64,000 bases of DNA from Candidatus Cloacimonadales bacterium (GTDB taxonomy: Bacteria > Cloacimonadota > Cloacimonadia > Cloacimonadales > JAFGVF01), in the NCBI GenBank assembly GCA_963677495.2, contig CAXXOU010000004.1, positions 480,001 to 544,000 on the forward strand, in the 5' to 3' direction. Positions 38,092 to 48,197 of the stretch are shown here, one piece after another. Under the pieces are notes generated by a model. The model had not been told where the DNA came from, did not search any database, and saw only the letters and a program-made list of their open reading frames with translations. Position 1 is the first letter of the stretch. Each line of letters starts with the position of its first letter. Made by a program: the position numbers and the translations under genes.

Positions 38092-39086
38092 TGCAATTAA
38101 AACTGAGTAAAAATCTATTCAAGTCTAAAGGATTTAAGACATTAGTAAATATTATTGTCTTTCTAATCTGTGTCTTATTTCTCTTCTTGAACATTGATTT
38201 TAGTAGAGTTTATGAACAATTAAAACATGTTTACCTACCAATATATGGTGTTACAATTTGCATCTCTCTATTCAGAACATGGTTAGCAGGAATGAGATGG
38301 AAAAATATGCATCCTGATCATGATTCTCAACTCAGCAACTGGTCATATTTCAGACTTACAATGATCTCACACCTTTTCAATAAGATAATGCCTGGAGCTC
38401 TTGGGGGAGATTTCGTCAAGACTCTATATGCAATAAAGGAGAAGAAGGGAAGTGGGATTAAAAATGTTATTGCAGTTGTTATTGATCGAGTCATTGGATT
38501 GATATCGATTTTTATTTTTGGACTTATTGCTCTTATGTTTTCTAGTCAACAGTTAGACATCCAATTATGGAAGATAATACTCGTTTTTTTATTTTTCACT
38601 GGATGTATGTACGCAGCTTTCAACAGAAGAGTATTGGATTTTATAGAAGTGATTTCACAGAAAGTAAACATTAAACATGTTTGGATAAAAAGTATTTTGG
38701 ACAACTGGAGGCAATCAATATCGTTTTATGTAGAGAATAAAGGAAGAGTATTTAAATCATTATTGTTGTGCGTTCCAATACACTTTGCATCATTTGTTAT
38801 TTTCTTTCTGTTTAGTAGAAGTATTGGGATGGAAGTAGGTTTTACAGATGTGATTTTTGTTGTAACAATAATGTGGTTAATTACTGCTCTACCTATTAGC
38901 ATTGGAGGTATGGGAGTTAGAGAACTATCCTTTGTGTGGCTTTTCAGCCTTTACAATATATCTTCAGAACAAGCTATAGCCTTATCATTTCTCTGGTATA
39001 TCAATACATTAGTAATGTCAGTAATATCATTACCTCTATTGTTTGATCTAAAGAAGAGAAAAAAAGTTCTTCCAGAATCTGTTTAG
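38091..39086 (+). CDS. lysylphosphatidylglycerol-synthase-TM (flippase-like) membrane protein
   Basis: RW, FNKIMPGALGGD, DRVIGL, LPISIGGMGVRE. Confidence 0.9.
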   Translation: MQLKLSKNLFKSKGFKTLVNIIVFLICVLFLFLNIDFSRVYEQLKHVYLPIYGVTICISLFRTWLAGMRWKNMHPDHDSQLSNWSYFRLTMISHLFNKIMPGALGGDFVKTLYAIKEKKGSGIKNVIAVVIDRVIGLISIFIFGLIALMFSSQQLDIQLWKIILVFLFFTGCMYAAFNRRVLDFIEVISQKVNIKHVWIKSILDNWRQSISFYVENKGRVFKSLLLCVPIHFASFVIFFLFSRSIGMEVGFTDVIFVVTIMWLITALPISIGGMGVRELSFVWLFSLYNISSEQAIALSFLWYINTLVMSVISLPLLFDLKKRKKVLPESV

Positions 39087-39248
39087 TTAAGTATTCGAGG
39101 ACAAGACCAATAGGTATCTATTCACATTCTATCAATCCAAAAATCTTTGAAAATCATCTGGTTTTCCTAATTCTTGATTTGCGAAATCCTTCATTATAAC
39201 TATACTTTAGTTGACATACTTAAAAATACTACATGGATGAATTATAAT

Positions 39249-41639
39249 ATGCAACATAACAAAGCTTTCTTGAGAAGGATTTTCCTTATTTTCATTGTTT
39301 CCTTAATTGTTACTATCTCACTACAACATTTTAACTTTAGGAGGAATTTTAAAGCCTGGGTTGACTTCAAGACTAACAGTACAATTAAAACGATGGAGAT
39401 TATTGATGATGATTTCTCAACAGCTTCTTCTGACTTTATAAGAGTTGTCAATAGGGATGCCTTGATAACGAAGATCGTTAATGATGCATCTTATCACCAT
39501 AAGGTATCAACTAAATTATTGGATAATATCAAGACTAAATTGATTACTGATGATATAACAGAATGGATTCGATCTCAAGACGAAAGCTATACTTTCGTAA
39601 ACTCCTTTGTCGAGAGTCAGAAACTTCATGATTTAGTCAGAGATAATGACGAGATATTAAAACTTGTTAAAGAAAACAAAAGATCTCAGATCCAGTTAAA
39701 TGCATATAGACAAAAACTGTTTAGAAAACTTTCTCCATTTTATCGCTTAAGCCATACGCTAACTATGGATCAGGTTAGAGTTTTGTTTGATGATGGTTCT
39801 GTTTTGGTTACAATTGATAATCAAGACAGCTTTAACTCTCTGAATAACTCTTTTGGTTATCTGAGTGAAGTGAAGGGAATTGATTCACTTAATTGCAATA
39901 GTGAGCTTTTTCTCAAAGCAAAAGATAATAATCATTTTGCTTTGCGTCAGATCGTTCCACTCCATCAAAATAGTAGTGTAGTTGGTAGTGTCGAGTGTAA
40001 CAAAGGTTTGTTTAGTGTTGAAGAGTTACTTGAAAAACAGGAAAGCTCAAGCAACGAATATCTATGGCTAAAAAACAATATTTTGGTAGATACAGAAAAT
40101 GAGGGTCAATCTATAAAAACGTTGTTTAATGATAGTTTCACACTTTTTGATAATGCTGATAGCCAGGAAGGTGATGTTAAGCTTATGGCATCATCTATTG
40201 AGCAGGTATACTACACTCAGATTCGTGATAAGTTTTACAAACTCAGACCATTTAGTACAAAGCTGTCAAAAGACGGTATTTCAATGTTTGCTCTTTTTCT
40301 CCCAATACTTGATTCCGATAATAATCATTTCGGATTTTTCATTAGATCGATTGATGGTGATTACTATAATGTAATGGTTACAAAGCGAAATGTTACAACT
40401 TTACTTACTGTTGTATTCGTTGCATCTGTGTTAATGCTAATCTATTTCATTCAGTGCAGAAGAACTGAAAAAGGACGTGTAAATCAAGCCTTAGGAACTG
40501 TTACTGAAAAATTGTTAGAAGGCTTGTTTGTGATCAACAGAAACGGAACAATACGTTTTGCTAATAAAGCCGGTACTCTTTTCTTTGGAATGAAGAAAGA
40601 AGATATCATTGGAATTAAAGTAGAGAACTTGCTAAAGAAGATAACCTTTGAAGGCTCAGACAACTGGGACACAATTATCGCAAATATTGATAAGAGTGGC
40701 TACTATACAAATGATGAATGCATTATTAAACTTGATAATGTCACTATCGCTGTTAGCTTAATGGGTATCTACATTGCTCCTCAAGAGGAGATTATTCATG
40801 ATTTCCAGGATAGCATTGTTCTTATGGTGAATGATATTACTCATCACAAATTGTATGAGCGTCAACTGCTTAGAGCTAAAGAGGAAGCAGAAGTTAATGA
40901 TAGACTTAAGTCAACTTTCCTTAATAACTTCTCTCATGAAATTAGAACTCCGCTTAATTCAATCGTTGGATTCTCATACCTAATGAAGAATGAGGAGACA
41001 CCTAAAGAGACCGTTGAGAGGTATGTCGATATCATACATACAAACTCAGATTATCTTCTGCGAGTCGTTCAAAATATTATTGAGATATCTCAACTGGAAC
41101 AGGATGAATACAAGCTTTATCCTGATGAATTCAGTATTAATGCAATGATGAAAGAATTGTTTAATGATGTAGAGAGTACAATTAAAAACTCAAGAAAACC
41201 GATAAAACTTATATGCAAAACAGGTCTTGAAGATGATCAAGATCACACATTCAGCGATGCAAAGAGACTTAGAGCGGTTCTGGAACACTTGCTTGATAAT
41301 GCTGTTAAATTTACTGAATTAGGGCATATTGAGTTTGGTTATCAGGTTCATGATAACGACAACTTACTTTTCTGGGTAAAAGACACAGGCATAGGAATTG
41401 ATTCTTCAGAACAGTATAAGATATTCAAGCCTTTCTACCAGATTAAGGATGGTAACCATATAAAGTTCTCCGGAACTGGATTAGGACTATCCATTGCCTC
41501 AAGAGTAGTTCAGCTGATGGGTGGAAACATTTGGGTTAAATCTGAATATACCCAGGGTACAACAATGTATTTTGCTATCCCATTCATCACTAGAAACAGT
41601 ATTGATGATGAATTGGCAATGCTGGGAATTGAGGAATAG
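39249..41639 (+). CDS. membrane sensor histidine kinase with PAS domain
   Basis: two TM segments, PAS (GLFVINRNGTIRFAN), FSHEIRTPLNSI, LLDNAVKFT, DTGIGI, GTGLGL; start uncertain (39174-39249). Confidence 0.92.
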   Translation: MQHNKAFLRRIFLIFIVSLIVTISLQHFNFRRNFKAWVDFKTNSTIKTMEIIDDDFSTASSDFIRVVNRDALITKIVNDASYHHKVSTKLLDNIKTKLITDDITEWIRSQDESYTFVNSFVESQKLHDLVRDNDEILKLVKENKRSQIQLNAYRQKLFRKLSPFYRLSHTLTMDQVRVLFDDGSVLVTIDNQDSFNSLNNSFGYLSEVKGIDSLNCNSELFLKAKDNNHFALRQIVPLHQNSSVVGSVECNKGLFSVEELLEKQESSSNEYLWLKNNILVDTENEGQSIKTLFNDSFTLFDNADSQEGDVKLMASSIEQVYYTQIRDKFYKLRPFSTKLSKDGISMFALFLPILDSDNNHFGFFIRSIDGDYYNVMVTKRNVTTLLTVVFVASVLMLIYFIQCRRTEKGRVNQALGTVTEKLLEGLFVINRNGTIRFANKAGTLFFGMKKEDIIGIKVENLLKKITFEGSDNWDTIIANIDKSGYYTNDECIIKLDNVTIAVSLMGIYIAPQEEIIHDFQDSIVLMVNDITHHKLYERQLLRAKEEAEVNDRLKSTFLNNFSHEIRTPLNSIVGFSYLMKNEETPKETVERYVDIIHTNSDYLLRVVQNIIEISQLEQDEYKLYPDEFSINAMMKELFNDVESTIKNSRKPIKLICKTGLEDDQDHTFSDAKRLRAVLEHLLDNAVKFTELGHIEFGYQVHDNDNLLFWVKDTGIGIDSSEQYKIFKPFYQIKDGNHIKFSGTGLGLSIASRVVQLMGGNIWVKSEYTQGTTMYFAIPFITRNSIDDELAMLGIEE

Positions 41640-41654
41640 AAATTATTTAAACAT

Positions 41655-41684
41655 AAAAAGGGTCAGATTTATTCTGACCCTTTT
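41655..41684. terminator. bidirectional terminator
   Basis: aaaagggtcaga-tttat-tctgaccctttt between convergent genes. Confidence 0.85.
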
Positions 41685-41702
41685 CTATAATTATCTTTAT
41701 TT

Positions 41703-43076
41703 CTACAGGATATATTTCGACAGATCCTCGTTTTGGATTAGGTTTCCAAGATGCTCATCAACTAGTTCAGGTGTGATTACAACTTTCTTCAACTTCTTGT
41801 CCGGCATCTGGAACTGATACTCTTCAAGCAGTTTATTCAGAATTGTCTGTAATCTTCTCGCTCCAATATCTTCCATCATCTCGTTAGCTTGATAAGCATA
41901 TTGAGCTAATGAACTAATCGCTTCCTTCTCAAATGTTAGTTTAACCTTCTCAGCTCCAAAGATAGCTTGATACTGTTTTGTTAAAGCTGTTTCCGGTTCT
42001 GTAAGGATGCGCTCAAAGTCCTCTTTAGTTAAACTGTTAAGCTCTTCTCGTATTGGGAAACGGCCTTGTAACTCAGGGATCAAGTCAGATGGTTTTGCTA
42101 CATGGAAAGCTCCGGCAGCGATAAACAGTATATGCGATGTATTTACCATACCATGCTTAGTAGGAACATTAGAGCCCTCAACAATTGGGAGAAGGTCACG
42201 TTGAACACCACTACGGGATACATCAGCACCATGACGCTCCTTGTTCTCTGCAATTTTATCAATCTCGTCTATGAAGATAATTCCATTGTTCTCCACTCTT
42301 TCCTTTGCGATTCTGACAACTTCATCCTTCTTTACAAGGTTTGCAGCCTCAGTATCAGCCATAACTCTAAGGGCGTCAGAAATCTTGGACTTCTTATTTT
42401 TCTTTTTATTTCTTCCGGGCATGATGTTACTGAGCATATCATTTATGTTAAAATCCATTGTCTCCATATTCACATTAGAGAACACTTCGATATGAGATGG
42501 TTTTGGTGCATCATCTATCTGAATTTCAATCTCTTTGTCATCAAGTTCGCCATTCTCTAGCTTTTCAGCCATCTTATCGCGTGAACGTTTTGCTCTTGCT
42601 AATCTTTCCTCATACTCTTCAGTTGTTTCACTGTCTCTTCGAGTATTATCAGGAGGGGAGAGGAGCTTGTTTAAGACTTTTTCAAAAGCAATCTTCTTTG
42701 CTTTCGGTTGCATCTGATCCATCAGCTCGGTTCTTACTTTATTGATTGAGATATCCAATAACTCACGAATCATTGACTCTACATCTCTACCTACGTATCC
42801 AACTTCAGTGAATTTAGAAGCTTCTACCTTAATGAAAGGTGCATTTGCAAGTCTGGATAAACGTCTTGCAATCTCTGTTTTTCCAACACCGGTTGGTCCT
42901 ATTAATATAATGTTGTTAGGAACAATCTCGTTCTGTAGGTCACCCTCTACCTGTTGTCTTCTCCATCTGTTACGAAGGGCAATAGCAACGGCTTTTTTCG
43001 CGTCATTCTGTCCGATAATATATTTATCAAGTTCTTCAACAATTCTTTTAGGTGTTAAATCACTTACTTTTACCAT
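41703..43076 (-). CDS. hslU: ATP-dependent protease ATPase subunit HslU
   Basis: ALRNRWRR, GPTGVGKTEIARRL, GYVGRDVES, VQRDLLP. Confidence 0.98.
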   Translation of the reverse strand: MVKVSDLTPKRIVEELDKYIIGQNDAKKAVAIALRNRWRRQQVEGDLQNEIVPNNIILIGPTGVGKTEIARRLSRLANAPFIKVEASKFTEVGYVGRDVESMIRELLDISINKVRTELMDQMQPKAKKIAFEKVLNKLLSPPDNTRRDSETTEEYEERLARAKRSRDKMAEKLENGELDDKEIEIQIDDAPKPSHIEVFSNVNMETMDFNINDMLSNIMPGRNKKKNKKSKISDALRVMADTEAANLVKKDEVVRIAKERVENNGIIFIDEIDKIAENKERHGADVSRSGVQRDLLPIVEGSNVPTKHGMVNTSHILFIAAGAFHVAKPSDLIPELQGRFPIREELNSLTKEDFERILTEPETALTKQYQAIFGAEKVKLTFEKEAISSLAQYAYQANEMMEDIGARRLQTILNKLLEEYQFQMPDKKLKKVVITPELVDEHLGNLIQNEDLSKYIL

Positions 43077-43610
43077 TTACAACTCCTCAACTACTAAATT
43101 GTGGTTAGTATAAATGCAGATATCAGCTGCAATATGCAGTGATTTCTCTGCTATCTCTCTAGCTGAAAGCTCAGTGTTTTGATAAAGTGCTCTTGCTGAT
43201 GATAATGCATAATTACCACCTGAACCGATAGTGATAATATTGTCATCTGATTCCAATACATCACCTAGTCCACTTATAAGGAGCAACCCATTTTTATCAC
43301 CAACAATAATCATTGCTTCCAGTTTTCTTAAAACTCTATCTGATCTCCATGCTTTTGCTAACTCAACTGCTGCTCTTTTAAGATTGCCTTTTGTGGCTTT
43401 AAGGTTCTCTTCGAATCTTTCAAAAAGTGTGAAAGCATCTGCAGTTGCTCCTGCAAATCCTGCTACTACATTACCATTGTATAATTTTCTGATCTTTAAT
43501 GCTTTACCTTTAATAACTGTACTGCCTAATGTGACCTGACCATCTCCTGCAATCACAGTTTTACCGTCTTTCCTAACACCAATAATTGTGGTTCCATGAA
43601 AAGCTTCCAT
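43077..43610 (-). CDS. hslV: ATP-dependent protease peptidase subunit HslV
   Basis: [30 protein letters not shown]. Confidence 0.98.
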   Translation of the reverse strand: MEAFHGTTIIGVRKDGKTVIAGDGQVTLGSTVIKGKALKIRKLYNGNVVAGFAGATADAFTLFERFEENLKATKGNLKRAAVELAKAWRSDRVLRKLEAMIIVGDKNGLLLISGLGDVLESDDNIITIGSGGNYALSSARALYQNTELSAREIAEKSLHIAADICIYTNHNLVVEEL

Positions 43611-43747
43611 TTATCACCTCCATGATGATTTTTATCAATCGAAAGAAGAGACTGCTAATTTGTCAAGGATTATCTGTAGGAAGCATTTTTTACGCGGATT
43701 ATGAATTAAAGCAATTAACAGGGTTATCTCCAATCATAAAGAGGTAC

Positions 43748-44066
43748 ACAGCGCAATTTGCAACAACTTACGGCATTTCAGGGAGTTTGTCAGCCTGATA
43801 AGGCAACGGACTTCCTTAAAATGCACTCCGAAGTCGCAATTCCCCAAGCTCGCGAACTCACACTGGTGACCGCTTCAGGGTGACATAGACAGTGCAATTT
43901 GCAACAACTTAGCCATATTTACTGCCCCTTTTACTCTCTTTTACTGTACTTTTCATCAACGCACTGTGCTCCCACTGTGTTCGCACTGTGAAGGCACTGC
44001 CAACCCACTGTTTCACTGGGTGCACAGTGCGTGCACAGTGGGAAAACAGTGGGATGACTGCGATTT
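43748..44066. repeat. composite repeat: 23-bp direct repeats, IR half-arms and 11-bp-period CACTG array
   Basis: acag(c/t)gcaatttgcaacaactta at 43748 and 43889; cactg at 43962, 43973, 43984, 43995, 44006; inverted at 44023, 44034, 44045; 43835-44066 aligns with 843-1064. Confidence 0.88.
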
Positions 44067-44124
44067 GTCTTAGGGATTGTAGCAACAGCATAGATGCTAC
44101 GATTTAGATAATCGTTTTTTCCCA

Positions 44125-44153
44125 TTGACATTACAGTAATGAAGTGGTATAAA
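44125..44153 (+). promoter_or_regulatory. sigma70-type promoter
   Basis: TTGACA-17 bp-TATAAA with a TGn extension, upstream of an AAGGAG RBS. Confidence 0.7.
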
Positions 44154-44189
44154 TGAATTACTACACCGTTAATGAAAAAGGAGTTTATA

Positions 44190-45575
44190 ATGAACAAAAA
44201 ATTGTTATTTTTTTTGATTAGTATTCTTTCGATTTATTCTCTGAGCTTATATGCTCAGAACAATTGCTTGGAGTTTGACGGAAGCGATGATTATGTTGAT
44301 TGTGGCTTTGATGTTTCATTAGACATTACAGATAATACAGTATCAATTGAAGCATGGCTGTTCCCAACGGATTTCAAGGATGCTCATTGGAAGAATACAA
44401 TAGTTGCTAATGACTATTGGGACATAAATAATTCCGCAGGATATGTATTCCGATATGGAGGTCCCAACGGAGATTTAGATTTCACATTTTCAAATATTGG
44501 AGGGAATTGGGTTTCCGTAACAGCTAACAGTGTATTACTCCTGAATACATGGCAACATGTTGCCGTTATATATAATGGTACAACCGCCAAACTTTATGTA
44601 GATGGAGAAGAAAAAGCAAGTAGCAATCTGAGCAATAATATTTTAAGCTCAACTCAACCATTAAACATTGGCCGCTCAACAGGTGACCCATCCGGTAGAA
44701 TGCTTGTCGCTAAGTTAGATGAGTTAAGAATCTGGGGAGATGCTAGAACTCAAACTGAAATAGTTGATAACATGAACAGAGAAATTACAGGTACTGAGCA
44801 AGATTTAGTTGCATACTATAGATTCAACGAAGGTTCCGGTCAGGTTGTAAATGATGCTACAGGTACTAATGATGGGATTCTAGGTTCCGGTACATTATCA
44901 GATTCGGCTGATCCCACTTGGGTTTTATCTGATATGCCACTTCCTGTCACCCTTTCTAACTTCACAGCCGCTTATATTCAGGATAGCGAAATGGTCTCAA
45001 TTTCTTGGATTACACAATCGGAAATCAACAGCATTGGCTGGAATATATACCGTTCTACTGAAAATGAAGACTTTCTTAAATTGAATGGTGATATCATTAT
45101 TGGAGCAGGAACATCTTCAGAGCCCACTCATTATTCTTTTTCTGATGACTGGGTACTGACTGAAAATACTACTTATGAATACTGGCTAGAGAATCTTGAT
45201 ATTTCTAATATTAATGTAATGTATGGACCAATTTCAGTAAAGATTCATATGGATGAAGATGAAGAAGATGGTGAAGTGCCAGATCTCATCGATAACTTTG
45301 GGCTATTCCAGAACTATCCAAATCCTTTTAATCCAAATACAACCATTAGCTTTTGTATGCAAGAAGATACCACTGTTGAGCTTATTATCTTCGATATCAA
45401 GGGGAAGATAGTGAGAACTCTCGTAAAGAATCAAATCATTTCCAAAGGTAAAGTCTGCAATTATACTTGGAATGGATTAAATGATAATGGTGAAGTTGTT
45501 GGTTCCGGTATATATTTCTATAAGTTAAAAGCTGATAGTTATGAAACGACAAAGAAGATGATATTAATGAAGTAA
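44190..45575 (+). CDS. secreted LamG-like jellyroll protein with C-terminal FlgD-Ig/T9SS-like domain
   Basis: signal peptide; LEFDGSDDYV, WQHVAV.YNG, LDELRIW, LVAYYRFNEG; LPVTLS.F; QNYPNPFNP.T.I. Confidence 0.9.
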   Translation: MNKKLLFFLISILSIYSLSLYAQNNCLEFDGSDDYVDCGFDVSLDITDNTVSIEAWLFPTDFKDAHWKNTIVANDYWDINNSAGYVFRYGGPNGDLDFTFSNIGGNWVSVTANSVLLLNTWQHVAVIYNGTTAKLYVDGEEKASSNLSNNILSSTQPLNIGRSTGDPSGRMLVAKLDELRIWGDARTQTEIVDNMNREITGTEQDLVAYYRFNEGSGQVVNDATGTNDGILGSGTLSDSADPTWVLSDMPLPVTLSNFTAAYIQDSEMVSISWITQSEINSIGWNIYRSTENEDFLKLNGDIIIGAGTSSEPTHYSFSDDWVLTENTTYEYWLENLDISNINVMYGPISVKIHMDEDEEDGEVPDLIDNFGLFQNYPNPFNPNTTISFCMQEDTTVELIIFDIKGKIVRTLVKNQIISKGKVCNYTWNGLNDNGEVVGSGIYFYKLKADSYETTKKMILMK

Positions 45576-45591
45576 AGGTTTCTTATTCTAT

Positions 45592-45622
45592 AAAGACCAT
45601 TCCTTTGAGGAGTGGTCTTTTT
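45592..45622 (+). terminator. rho-independent terminator
   Basis: aaagaccattcct-ttg-aggagtggtcttt followed by Ts. Confidence 0.8.
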
Positions 45623-45699
45623 ATATTGTGCTGAATAAGACTCTGTAGAAATATTGACAACTTTCACTCTCATTAAAAGATGTTTGCTAAGGAGACAAG

Positions 45700-45900
45700 A
45701 TGGATAACATAGTCGGAAGAAGAATAATTGCAGAAGTCAATGGCAAGAAGCAAACTGTCAGAGTTAAGCTTGAAAATAATAGATTAGTTGTTACTGATTG
45801 GGATAGTGGTGAGAGTATAATAAAGTTTAGAGTTGTAAACGCCAATCCTGTAAATCCGATAGTGGTTATCAGCTCTTTGGAATGCGATGATGAGAAGTAG
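45700..45900 (+). CDS. small hypothetical protein, first gene of the ABC operon
   Basis: AAGGAG RBS, upstream TTGACA, overlaps the next start. Confidence 0.6.
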   Translation: MDNIVGRRIIAEVNGKKQTVRVKLENNRLVVTDWDSGESIIKFRVVNANPVNPIVVISSLECDDEK

Positions 45901-46786
45901 ATTTACATTTTTAATAGTACTAATAGTGGCTACTCTTTCTCTTCAAGCAATAGAGTTATGGGTACCACCTTCTAATATTGCTTATCCTTTTGCAAAAGTT
46001 GCAGAGACAAATGAGAAGATTAATCTAAATTTGTATAGAGATGTAAATACAGAGTTGCTTCCAACCCTTATGAAGCAGAAAGCAGGTTTGTACCTACTTC
46101 CATCCAATGTTGCTGCAAAGTTATATAACAATGGAATTCAGTTAGATTTGGTTGCTACTTTCTCAACTGATATGTTGATTATTCTTTCCGACAATCCGGA
46201 GATACATGAGTTGAAAGATTTAAATGGGCAATCATTCTATGCTGGTGGACAGGGTAGTTCTCCGGACATAGTATCACGATACCTTTTTGGTCAGAACGCT
46301 ATTGAAGTTGATATGCAGTATGGCAACTCACCTGAGATTGCTAAGTTCTTTGTTTCAGGGAAATACAATAATGTTGTTCTTCCTCAGCCATTGGCATCTT
46401 TTGTTTTGAATAAAGCAGAAAGACCGATAAATCAAATCAACCTTACAAAAGAGTGGATTAGGTTGAACCCTGAGAGTAAGGGTATTCCACAACTGGCTTT
46501 AGTATCTATAAAAGTAGAATCTGATGAGCTGGTAGAAAGTTTGATAGAGTCTTTTGAGAAGTATCAACAAGAGATGAATACAGAAAAGAAGAGTTCTGCT
46601 GTAAAGATAAAGAAGCTGTTAGGATACAAGTTTAATGATAATGTTATTGAAGAAAGTATTGCTCCAATCAATGTATATACCGATAAGACGGCAATGAGGG
46701 AGTTGAAGCAATACTTTAAAGCTATAATGAAAGTTGCCCCTAAATCAATCGGTAGTAAACTCCCTGATGAAGAGTTTTTTAACTAA
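45887..46786 (+). CDS. NitT/TauT-family ABC transporter substrate-binding protein
   Basis: signal peptide; PSNVAAKLYN, GQGSSPDI, VLPQP, SIGSKLPDEEF. Confidence 0.85.
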   Translation: MMRSRFTFLIVLIVATLSLQAIELWVPPSNIAYPFAKVAETNEKINLNLYRDVNTELLPTLMKQKAGLYLLPSNVAAKLYNNGIQLDLVATFSTDMLIILSDNPEIHELKDLNGQSFYAGGQGSSPDIVSRYLFGQNAIEVDMQYGNSPEIAKFFVSGKYNNVVLPQPLASFVLNKAERPINQINLTKEWIRLNPESKGIPQLALVSIKVESDELVESLIESFEKYQQEMNTEKKSSAVKIKKLLGYKFNDNVIEESIAPINVYTDKTAMRELKQYFKAIMKVAPKSIGSKLPDEEFFN

Positions 46787-47507
46787 CAAACTACTACCTT
46801 TTATTGCGTTCATTGTTGTATGGCAATTAGTTTCATTGCTGTTCAGTTCTTTGATCCTGCCTTCACCGATTGAAGTAGCAAAATCGATTGGTTCTATTGT
46901 TGTGACGGGTGGATTCTATTCTTCTATTTCAATTACTTTATTGAGAGCTGTTGTCGGATTAGTAATTTCCTTACTGTTAGGAATATTACTTGGATTCCTT
47001 ATGCACTTCTCAAAAGCAGTTGATAGCATTATGCACCCAATAATAATAGTGCTCCAATCATTACCAATCATCTCATGGTTGTTACTTGCATTGATTTGGT
47101 TTGAAAACTCAGTAATACCTGTATTCATTGTGGCAATTTCTACTTTACCAATCATAATTCTTAATGTCTATGAAGGTCTAAAAGAGATAAGTGGAGAATA
47201 TCTTGAACTTGTGCATTTCTATAAACTAAGTTTTAGCAAGTGTCTGAAAGGACTTTATTTGCCTACTATAATGACATTTATTGTTTCTGCATACAAGATA
47301 ATCATCGGACTTTGCGTGAAAACATCAGTAATGGCAGAAGTTATAAGTCGCGTGAAGCAGGGGATAGGTAATGATTTGAACACTGCTTGGATTAACATTG
47401 ATACTACTGAGGTTCTGGCTTATACAGTGATTATTGTACTATTTACATATCTACTTGAGCGTGGAATATCGATTAGTTTTAGTAGGATTTTGAGGAATTA
47501 CAGATGA
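46767..47507 (+). CDS. NitT/TauT-family ABC transporter permease
   Basis: ILPSPIEV, TLLR, LQSLPIISWLLLALIWF, VMAEV. Confidence 0.9.
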   Translation: MKSFLTNKLLPFIAFIVVWQLVSLLFSSLILPSPIEVAKSIGSIVVTGGFYSSISITLLRAVVGLVISLLLGILLGFLMHFSKAVDSIMHPIIIVLQSLPIISWLLLALIWFENSVIPVFIVAISTLPIIILNVYEGLKEISGEYLELVHFYKLSFSKCLKGLYLPTIMTFIVSAYKIIIGLCVKTSVMAEVISRVKQGIGNDLNTAWINIDTTEVLAYTVIIVLFTYLLERGISISFSRILRNYR

Positions 47508-48196
47508 TAAGTTTTACTAATCTTACTAAGAAATTTGGGGATAAGGTTATTTTTGATAATCTTGATATTCATATTAATCCGGGAAAGACAGTAATTCTCG
47601 GTCCATCCGGTTCCGGTAAGACGACACTTTTGAGAATCATTGCCGGACTTGATGACGATTATGAAGGAGTAATTGAGTCTGAATCAGCTAATCTAAGTTA
47701 TGTGTTTCAAGAAGATAGATTGCTTCCATGGAAGACTTTAAGGCAGAATATTGAGTTTATTCTTCCCAACCCGGAGCAATTTATGGCAAGAATTAATCAA
47801 GTAGCGAAATCGTTGCATATAGATGATCTCCTGGATAAAAGAACATACGTAATAAGTGGTGGTCAAAAGCGCAGATGTGCAATAGCCAGAGGTTTTATCT
47901 ACCCATCCGATACGATTCTCATGGATGAACCATTCAGCTCGCTTGACCTTTATTTGAAGCTACATATTATCGATGATTTAAAAGAGCTTTTAGAGCATGA
48001 TTCCAGAAACCTTATTCTCATAACTCATGATATTAATGAAGCACTGCTTTTAGCGGATGAGATTATTATCTTCAAACATACACCTGTGAGTGAGTTCCGA
48101 AGAATCAAAGTAGACTTGAAAGAGCGTCGCATTGATAATGATGAGTTTAACAGACTCAGTAAAGAGATTTATCATTATCTACTGGAAAGGAGTTAA
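47504..48196 (+). CDS. NitT/TauT-family ABC transporter ATP-binding protein
   Basis: GPSGSGKTT, VFQEDRLLPW, ISGGQ, MDEPFSSLD, THD. Confidence 0.93.
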   Translation: MISFTNLTKKFGDKVIFDNLDIHINPGKTVILGPSGSGKTTLLRIIAGLDDDYEGVIESESANLSYVFQEDRLLPWKTLRQNIEFILPNPEQFMARINQVAKSLHIDDLLDKRTYVISGGQKRRCAIARGFIYPSDTILMDEPFSSLDLYLKLHIIDDLKELLEHDSRNLILITHDINEALLLADEIIIFKHTPVSEFRRIKVDLKERRIDNDEFNRLSKEIYHYLLERS

Positions 48197-48197
48197 G

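Noticed and set aside
41521..43798. Multiple plus-strand ORFs over hslU/hslV and similar antisense ORFs elsewhere
   Set aside because: Shadow frames of well-conserved genes
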